Part shown: positions 1 through 6,900 of the stretch, one piece after another | How positions within the stretch are numbered: position 1 is the first letter of the stretch | Layout: each line of letters opens with the position of its first letter | Assembly: GCA_018985225.1 (NCBI GenBank) | Contig: JADGIF010000520.1 | Span: forward strand, 1-7,257 | Direction: 5' to 3' | DNA: 7,257 nt | Source: Amoeboradix gromovi X-113 | Taxonomy: Eukaryota > Fungi > Sanchytriomycota | Notes under the pieces: model-generated | Told to the model about the DNA's origin: nothing | Databases searched by the model: none | The model's input: the letters and a program-made list of their open reading frames with translations, nothing else | Position numbers and translations under genes: made by a program

Positions 1-80
1 ATTTGGAGATAGATAGAGACCATATGGCTGCAAGGAACATATACATCAAGTATCTGCATCCTTATTCAATCCCGCCTTAG
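1..80 (+). CDS. tnpB: 3' end (5'-truncated by the window edge) of a TnpB/Fanzor-family (Fanzor2-like) RNA-guided nuclease gene
   Basis: The frame starting at base 3 reads LEIDRDHMAARNIYIKYLHPYSIPP* (TAG 78..80). This matches the TnpB/Fanzor post-zinc-finger RuvC-III consensus C-x-L-x-I-D-R-D-x-N-(A/G)-A-R-N-I, with M replacing N. A homologous copy at 3800..3868 is preceded by a CxxC, which supports the call. Whether the upstream ORF is intact cannot be seen. Confidence 0.8.
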   Translation, partial: LEIDRDHMAARNIYIKYLHPYSIPP

Positions 81-247
81 GGTAGTGAAAGCGTGAGCAA
101 TCACTGTAACGGAGCAACTAGCACTGCTAGTTTCTCTGTGGAAATTCTCGATTTTCTCGGAAATCAGGTCTTTTAACGAGGGGTTGAATTTATGGATCCG
201 CATTCAATTCATCTCAGGATAGTGAACGCGCGGCGGGTAAGATTCAG
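68..247 (+). ncRNA. Candidate omegaRNA scaffold / element right end of the Fanzor-like element
   Basis: Overlaps the ORF stop and contains closely packed stems: GTGA-GCAA-TCAC GNRA hairpin (93..104); ACGGAG.AACTAGC-act-GCTAGTT.CTCTGT (109..139); GATTTT-ctcg-GAAATC (150..165); GGGTTGAAT...ATTCAATTC (181..210, extendable to 178..215); and long-range CCCGCC (71..76) / GGCGGG (232..237). The position matches known TnpB/Fanzor omegaRNAs. Boundaries are approximate. Confidence 0.5.
76..232 (+). repeat. Imperfect 20-nt direct repeat, copies at 76..95 and 213..232
   Basis: CTTAGGGTAGTGAAAGCGTG versus CTCAGGATAGTGAACGCGCG, 16/20 identical, with shared core TAGTGAA-x-GCG. Confidence 0.5.
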
Positions 248-1127
248 CTTTTAATGGCAACTAACAATGTATGCAACAACTTCGATTACTTTCAAAACCT
301 TAGACCAAACACTAGTCTGTCACTCAACATCATCTTTTGGTTGGTGGTGATGATCTCTTTTGATGGGTAGGTGGAACATGATCTAACCCGTAACTCTCTT
401 GTAAATTGTGCAAGGATCTCTTTCCAGGCCTTGAGATTCGAGAGAGTGTGTATTGAATTCACATAGCTGATGCAGTCACTGCAAACGATTCACCCTACCA
501 GGATCGAGAGCGGAATCGGTGCATGTCCCGAGGCTGCAATTTCCAGCCAGAACAATCTTACGCATTCAGAAAAGAACCAGGTACTTGTTAACAAGATGTT
601 TATCGAAACAAAGCTGGGCCGTCTTGGTAGAGAGTTTCAGCAACATTCTGAATAATCTAGCATATGCGGGTGAAAAGGAGTTGTATTCCTTGACCAATCT
701 ACAGCTTTCATATATTTTGGAAACAGTTCTTTGCTGCTAGTGTCAATGCATTATCTAATGGTCGCCGTTGACAATCCTCAGAAGAAAGCAAAGAAACACA
801 ACAGCAAGAACAATCAAAGTCTGAGTTAGCAGAAAATGTCTCCAGATCCGACTGAGGATCAGAACAATTGCCTTGAAATTCATTGAATTTCTTTTCAATG
901 CTCTAAAGTGGTTCTCGACAAAGTGGCCTGTTTTGCGTCGTAACTTGAATCGTTATTTGACCCCTCCGTCCACCGTTAGTAGCACATCACACAAGTCATG
1001 TCTGCCCAGAGGCCATTGCTACACTGCGAGAGTCTGAGTCATCTAGAGGATCAGGTCCATGCAAGTCTGGTCAAAGCATACGAAAACATGCTTTGGCAAA
1101 GTGTCAAGCTGGTTTGAAAAAGGTTGT

Positions 1128-1634
1128 TTATAATGCGTTTATTCCGATTAAAATCAGCACAGCTGAAAGTAAACTGTTTGCAGAGGACTCGGCACTCGCT
1201 GCCTCTGTTATAGTAGCAGTTGGAAACGGCTCCAGAGCCTCACTCGGCTTGTGGCCCTTGCCGTGCTTGCCGGTCGGCGTGCCCTTGTTGGATCCTTTGA
1301 CAGCAAAAGCACCGCTGTACTTGTCCCCGCTCTTCGCCTTGATCCCGAAAAAGTATTTTGAGCCAGTCGGCAACCACTCTGGCAGCTTGACATCTATCCC
1401 CTTGGTCTTGGTCAGACCCTTTTGCAGTGTGGCCACTGTTTCCGCATTGCTCATACTCTTGGTCCCATCCAGCAGCTTGACATCGTATTCTTCTGTGGTG
1501 TCTGGCACCGAGCCTCCGTTTGGATCATACAGATCAAACTTGACGTTATCCCCTGCGTCTAGCGACTTGCCAAAGTTCTGTGCGATGGCAAGGTCGAATC
1601 CAAACAGCGCAGTAAGCAGTAGCTGGCTCATCAT
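1128..1634 (-). CDS. Small secreted, probably GPI-anchored cell-surface protein (Kre9/Knh1-like N-terminal Ig-like domain, Ser/Thr-rich GPI family), 168 aa
   Basis: N-terminal hydrophobic signal (MMSQLLLTALFGFDLAIA). Beta-rich core YDVKLL..G...IDVKLPEWLPTGSKYFFGI......YSGAFAV resembles fungal Kre9/KNH-like domains. A low-complexity linker leads to small-residue omega-site candidates (AESSA) and a hydrophobic tail (LLSAVLILIGINAL*). CCAAT and TATA boxes lie upstream. The family call is by recognition only. Confidence 0.8.
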   Translation of the reverse strand: MMSQLLLTALFGFDLAIAQNFGKSLDAGDNVKFDLYDPNGGSVPDTTEEYDVKLLDGTKSMSNAETVATLQKGLTKTKGIDVKLPEWLPTGSKYFFGIKAKSGDKYSGAFAVKGSNKGTPTGKHGKGHKPSEALEPFPTATITEAASAESSANSLLSAVLILIGINAL

Positions 1635-1656
1635 ATAAAGACGTTCCCCTTTCGAC

Positions 1657-1688
1657 CTTTATAAACTGTTTGCTACTACTGATTGGTC
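1657..1688 (-). promoter_or_regulatory. Core promoter of the GPI-protein gene: CCAAT box plus TATA box
   Basis: Minus strand GACCAATCAG (1688..1679) fits the NF-Y/HAP consensus. TATAAAG (1663..1657) starts 29 nt upstream of the ATG at 1634. A second CCAATCA lies on + at 1712..1718. Confidence 0.6.
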
Positions 1689-2181
1689 TTGGATCTGGGG
1701 ATTTATCTAATCCAATCACTTGCTCGCAATCCACTTGTACTAATTTCAATACCACACGGCTTTTTATTCTGCATTTATTCTAGTTTACTTGAAATGAAAG
1801 TATTCGGTAACCGTAAATTGGATTTGAACTTCTTTCAATAATAATTGTTCAAGAAAACATGACCTTACCCTTTGGCCTTTCAAAACATTTGGGACATCAA
1901 ATATAAAAACTGGACTAACTTTCTGTAACAACTTGGAACATTATTTCAGCTTTATTAATTTTGAAAAGAAGAATACAATCAATGAAAGAAAATTGGTATA
2001 ATAGAAGATCTTTTATTAATGATAGTATTTCCTCCGTATGGTGCACCTCCTTGAAAAACGAGTTAGTCTAGTTTTTATATTTGGTGTCCCATTTAGTGAA
2101 ATGTAACAAGTTTTTATGGGGCATATACCTATTTTCATTTTTTATTCTGTTTTGATTCGTGCTCAAAATTTGGCTGTGTAT

Positions 2182-2215
2182 AACCAATCAGAATAAATGC
2201 CATTAACGTATAAAA
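2182..2215 (+). promoter_or_regulatory. Core promoter of the LRR gene: CCAAT box plus TATA box
   Basis: AACCAATCAG (2182..2191) and TATAAAA (2209..2215); the TATA starts 31 nt upstream of the in-frame ATG at 2240. The layout mirrors the divergent gene's promoter. Confidence 0.6.
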
Positions 2216-2239
2216 AGAATTCTAAATGGCGTGGGACTT

Positions 2240-3423
2240 ATGTTGACTTTAGCATTGGTTAGTGGTTTAACAGACTGTCAAAAGGTAGCGAATTTAGCGA
2301 AAGGATTTAACATGGATGTAAGTGCACCTTCAGTGTACGCGGTTCTGCAATCTGATTGCTGCTCCAGTCAGAAGATAGTTTGTGACGGATCAAAAGTTAC
2401 TGATATCTTTTGGGCAGGACTGGGGTTGAGCGGCACAATTTTAGGAGAATACATCCCATCTAGTCTGGAATCGCTATATCTAGGATATTCGTATGTTAAT
2501 GATCTTGGAAATTCAATCGGGGGATCCATTCCTCCCCTACCAGTAGGATTATTAGTTTTTTTTGCAGACGAGAACCAGTTATCTGGCGTTCTACCTGAGC
2601 TTCCAGAAAGCTTGTTGGTGTTTGCTGTTTGGAACAACGAATTAACCGGGGGATTACCATCAAGACTGCCACCAAACTTGGAAGAACTGTACGTGGATGG
2701 AAACATGATGTCTGGTGATTTGCCACCGTTTCCTCAAACTTTAAATTCTTTTGATTGTGGATTCGTCACTCAGAGACATAAGAACACTTTTACAGGAAAA
2801 CTAGAACTGTACTCACCAACTTGGTTCCATATCTACAAGAACTTAATTGCAGACATTATCATACACGACCCGATCTCAAATGCAGATTGTGATATATCTT
2901 ACAATCCGCTCTTAGAGCACAAAAATGATCCTGGTGTCGCAGAATGCACTAATACAAATTTGTTCAGCGCTGCAGATCTACCAAACACTTTTACCAGTAA
3001 GGATACATTTACGCGCACATATGAATCATTTGCTATGGGTAACATCACATTAAATAGCTATTTAGACAATGTTGAATCATCATCCACTGCACTGGAAGAG
3101 AGTCAGCAGATTTCAATTTCCTCAAATATGACGTCGTACTCTGCTGAGTATACATTAACTACCGTTTCAGAACATAAAGGTACTTTGAAACTAATTTAGC
3201 CCAGTCTGTAACAAGTTCTACTGTGACTTTAAACTCCGTTACAACTAAAATTACGACAGTTCTTAAACCAAGTTCCACCACAAGCTCTGCAGCCAAGTAT
3301 AGCTCAAAATTGCGAAGCTATTCCACAATCAACACTAAAATCCAAGAGGAAACGTCTAATAGTTTTATGTTCCGTTTAAACTTATACGTTGTTTGTGTTG
3401 TCATTGCCGCAATTTGTTTTTAA
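2240..3423 (+). CDS. Secreted leucine-rich-repeat receptor-like/surface protein, join(2240..3179,3200..3423), 387 aa
   Basis: The first in-frame ATG at 2240 gives a short signal peptide MLTLALVSG. Then a Cys-containing N-cap (DCQ, DCC, IVC) and LRRs PLPVGLLVFFADENQLSGVLP / ELPESLLVFAVWNNELTGGLPS / RLPPNLEELYVDGNMMSGDLP, with C-cap CDISYNPL...C. Removing a 20-nt intron fuses the 2231..3199 and 3223..3423 ORFs into one Ser/Thr-rich stalk (..EHK-A-QSVTSSTVTLNSVTTK..) ending in hydrophobic LNLYVVCVVIAAICF*. Confidence 0.85.
2453..2803 (+). repeat. Coding LRR array (about 5 units, core units 21-22 aa)
   Basis: Recurring LP-x-x-L-x-x-(L/F)-x-(V/A/L)-x-x-N-x-(L/M/I/F)-(S/T/G)-G-x-(L/I)-P pattern in the translation. 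Confidence 0.8.
3180..3199 (+). other. 20-nt spliceosomal intron (phase 1)
   Basis: GTACTTTGAAACTAATTTAG has a GT donor, a CTAAT branch-point motif (3191..3195) and a TAG acceptor. Excision removes the in-frame TAG and shifts exactly into the frame of the downstream Ser/Thr-rich ORF (G|CC = Ala). Confidence 0.75.
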
Positions 3424-3592
3424 ATAAATGGAAGCAATACTCTGTAAAGTTGTTTTTGTTACTTTTCACTATTTCGTGTTGTAAAACTGTGGCAGTTGGC
3501 GATTCAATTGAAGAAACCATTTATCACGAATAAGTGACGTTTACTGAAACAATAGTTCTTTTTGCTTATATATCATAAGGAATAAAAAACTC

Positions 3593-3868
3593 GATGTTGT
3601 TTCTTTCCATCAACTGAAATGGTTCATATCTCGAGATCCTAAACATTCCAATTCTAAATAAATCGCTGGTAGATACAGAACACAGTCTTTGACAGTCAGA
3701 AGTGGTCTAAAAGCAAGTTTTACGTAGTAGAAGAGCGTGTGCAAGGTGCGAAACTCAGAAGAAAAGCAATTTGGAGGCATCTACATATACAAAATGTGAT
3801 TAGAAGTAGATAGAGACCAAATGGCAGCAAGGAAAGTGCACTTACAGCTCAGGGATCCCTAGTTAATC
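3593..3868 (+). pseudogene. tnpB: Decayed TnpB/Fanzor2-like nuclease fragment (RuvC-II region, zinc finger, RuvC-III)
   Basis: Motifs occur in the expected order across frameshifts: D-V-V/F-F-P-S-T-E-M-V (3593..3624), F-Y-V-V-E-E (3718..3735), C-A-R-C (3738..3749), C (3795..3797), L-E-V-D-R-D-Q-M-A-A-R (3800..3832). 3800..3868 aligns without gaps to 3..71 (48/69 nt; 26/28 nt at 3807..3834 vs 10..37). It carries several stops and at least three frame breaks. The 5' part of the reconstruction is less secure than the 3' part. Confidence 0.75.
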
Positions 3869-3958
3869 AAATTTCATTTGTTGAATAACTACTAATGGTC
3901 TGAACATAGTCTTCTGGCCTATTAACGCTAGGCTAAAGCTATTGTTATATATTACTAT

Positions 3959-6900
3959 TTATTTCAATTCGATTAATATTGTTTTAATCTCAAATGGACC
4001 GAATCTCATTTTGCCTCCTGGATATACCTCCAACTGATCCTCCAATACATTTGAATAATACATCTTGTTGTACTCCATTAATGGCTGCAATTCCATTTTT
4101 CCAGCTCCACCGCATCCCTCGTATAATCGCACAACTACTACTTTCTTGTTCCGGTCTCCCATCTTTATGGTGTCTACCATCACTCCAGAACTCCCAATAC
4201 AGTTAACCAAACCAACCAAATTGTGCTTCAATTCCTTGTCTAACTTAATTAGGGGCTGGTTAAATAACTTGCTCTCTTTTATCACTGGTATCAGGCTGTT
4301 ACCCAAGTGCGGCAAATATCCATACTTAAACTCGTGTTTGCAGATATCACAATTTGCATCTGGCCCTTTTGGTGCTCTTAAAAGTGATATTCCCATTTCA
4401 TTAAACAGGCAGCTATATCCATATTTGCAGTCTGTTATCAATGCACACCCGTATTCGTGCTCGTTTATGTTTATGTATTGATGTCCCAAACATTCAAATT
4501 TGGCAATGTCCCAGCTTGTGTTCCTGTGCGTAGGCCTGTCAATGTTACCATATTGTATATCGTATGTGCATGTATCGCTGTTTATATTAGGAGTAAAATG
4601 GACTTTTAATAATTTATGACTTTCTTTCCAATCAACACTCGTTTCATAAGTAATCAGCTTACTATCATGCCGCATTATAATCATTTGCGCTAATCTGCTC
4701 TCATTAATGTTGCATGTTAACTTTAGTATTATCTCGTAGTCGTTATTAGAAACTAACTCCAACTTGTAATTAGTTGGATATTTGTACTTTTCTAAAGCCG
4801 TTACTTCTATGTCCCATGCATCCCAGAATATTGGTATGTCCTCGTAAACTTTGAACACGTTACCCTTAAAGTCGTCTATAACTACTCTGTCTGCATCTTG
4901 GTCATAATAATAAATTATTTCACCGTAATCATTCATTATTAATGACCAGTTTGAAGCGACAACTTCCACATCTCCCACAATAACATCCGCGGCACTTAAA
5001 TTACTGTTAGTATTATGCTGGAATATTTTGATAGCTTTATCTATAGACCTACTGGATTCTGTAGATATTATGCCACCAAATGGTTGAATCTCGGCACCAT
5101 TACGAACAATAGTCCACCCATGTGGATTATATAGACTTTTGGATGGATTAACAACAGACCGCGGTAAGCTAGAATTACTTGAAACATCGCCAGTATAGGT
5201 GGTAGAGTCGTTTGTAAGCAAATCTAATAATTTACACTGTAAAGCATCCAGCTCCTTGGACAACTTTGCATACTGCTGCCTTGTCTCAATATACACCAGT
5301 TCGATACTACTACCAGGCAGTACATCATGGAATTGATTAACGAGTACGATTTTCCAAAACTCTACAAATTGTAAACTAGGGTATGTGTAGAGGTGATTAA
5401 TATGGCATAATGTAGCCAATTGCTCTAGCAACTGCAACTGAGATTCCAGTTTACGATTGAATTGTTTGTTTCTAGCTTGGGAAGTAAAAGTACCACGATG
5501 CAGCTCAAAGTACAACTCTCCCTTCCAAACAGACAATTTGTCCTTCTGATCATTTAAGTGCTGATAAACATGTATAGGGTGTTTAGTTGAGACCGTAGGT
5601 AAACCAGGGCATTGTTGAATACGATTCAAAAGAGATAAATGTTGAGTGGTTGGTCCACCGCCGCCATCCCCCTCTCCAAATAACAAAAGTGATTTATTAG
5701 TAGAGTGAAGATCTTTGTTGGACTTGATACTAGACAGCACATCGAGAACAGTAGCGTCACTCGTATAAGTGTTACTGGGACAGAAATGGGCGATGACATC
5801 AGAGTTGTCAATACCACGCCAAACGAAAGAATGATGAGGAAAAGTGTTGATGTTATTCCAGCTAAGCTTTTGTGTAAAGAAGTAGGGCATACCGGCAGAT
5901 TTGATAATTTGAGGTAAATTGGCTGAGTATCCAAAGGTATCAGGAAGCCAAAATATTTCTGATCTCTGATTGAATTCTGACTCAAAGAATAGTTGACCAT
6001 ACAGCACTTGACGAATAAAGGATTCACCACTAGGCATGTTTCCATCCATTTCAACAACAGATCCACCAATTGGGATAAATTGACCCAGCTTAACAAAATG
6101 CAGAATTTCTTTCCAAATCTCAGGGTAGTCCCGTTTGACCCATTCCATCTGGATACTTTGAGAGCAAACAAACCTGTACTCAGGATCTAGCCGCATGAAA
6201 TTGCACTGAGTCTTCCAAGAACGAGCGCATTTTTGGATAGTTTGTGAGTATGTCCATAACCAAGCAGTGTCGATATGACAATGCCCAACAGCAACAACTT
6301 CATGTTGATATGGCAATTTATCTTGGCCAACTAGTAACGAAGACATTAATGATCTAGTAACCGCCCAGGTAGATTTATCCTCTGCTATAAAGGTATTCAA
6401 CATTTCATGTGCAAGATTGTTAGCTTTTACTTTAATTTCCCCATCATTTAAATCATTCATTAACATCTTTAAGAAGCGAAAATCTGTTTGTAATTCTTTG
6501 ATTACTTTGTTTACAAGGACAATTTCTATAACATTTATAGTGTAAACCTTGTTGTCGTCACTTGGGGATATATCTCCATGTATACCATTACCAAATAATC
6601 TATTGCAGGCAAACTCAACGTAAAAATGAAGTTTATTACTCGATGGGATCAGATCAGATAATTTAAAATACTGTCGGTTTTCCGAAGTACATTGGAGTGG
6701 AGTACCGTCGTTGTTATAGATCATAGACTCACAACCAGTATCGATGTGTAAATAAACATCACAGTCAGAGACATTTAGCCACCCCTGAGGAACATCAATG
6801 TGCAGCTGTACCCAACTAGTAGCCCAGGCTCTACCGATTTTCCCACCATTATCAATAGGAGAGAAACTTAATTTCTTAGCCTCATCAAATTTGAGAATCT

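Noticed and set aside
254-655. Stop-codon reassignment (TAG read as sense would open 254..655 and extend the LRR ORF)
   Set aside because: The 1030-codon AMS1 contains no in-frame TAG, all three host genes end in TAA, and read-through at 3199 would not reach the exon 2 frame.
470-740. ORFs 470..655 and 519..740 as real genes
   Set aside because: Short, mutually overlapping and without motifs; kept only as part of a possible decayed tract.
755-883. 42-aa hydrophobic minus-strand ORF (MNFKAIVLILSRIWRHFLLTQTLIVLAVVFLCFLLRIVNGDH)
   Set aside because: The hydrophobicity follows from the A-rich plus strand; no promoter or homology support.
1382-1484. 13-nt direct repeat GCAGCTTGACATC
   Set aside because: Simply encodes DVKL twice within the GPI-protein gene.
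1093-1638. 181-aa + strand ORF
   Set aside because: Antisense shadow of the GPI-protein gene; TTG start and no recognisable features.
1992-2054. IGIIEDL...VFPPYG peptide resembling TnpB RuvC-II or Tc1/IS630 motifs
   Set aside because: Isolated short matches in AT-rich DNA with no other motifs in the expected order.
2231-2239. GTG start for the LRR ORF, and the ATG at 2226
   Set aside because: Eukaryotic context favours ATG 2240, which gives a signal peptide. ATG 2226 is out of frame and stops after six codons.
2368-2726. Minus-strand ORFs within the LRR gene (also 1208..1393 and 1546..1755 around the GPI gene)
   Set aside because: Shadow ORFs with no independent support; 1546..1755 runs through the promoter motifs.
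3223-3423. Separate 66-aa gene
   Set aside because: Better explained as exon 2 of the LRR gene.
3423-3533. C-terminal extension of the LRR protein (NKWKQYSVKLFLLLF...) via a one-base homopolymer error or second tiny intron
   Set aside because: Requires an unobserved indel or an intron with no clear branch point; the existing stop gives a sensible hydrophobic tail followed by AATAAA.
3994-6190. Small ORFs overlapping AMS1 (3994..4206, 4065..4481, 5626..6171, 5705..5917, 5993..6190)
   Set aside because: Antisense or alternative-frame shadows of a strongly conserved gene.
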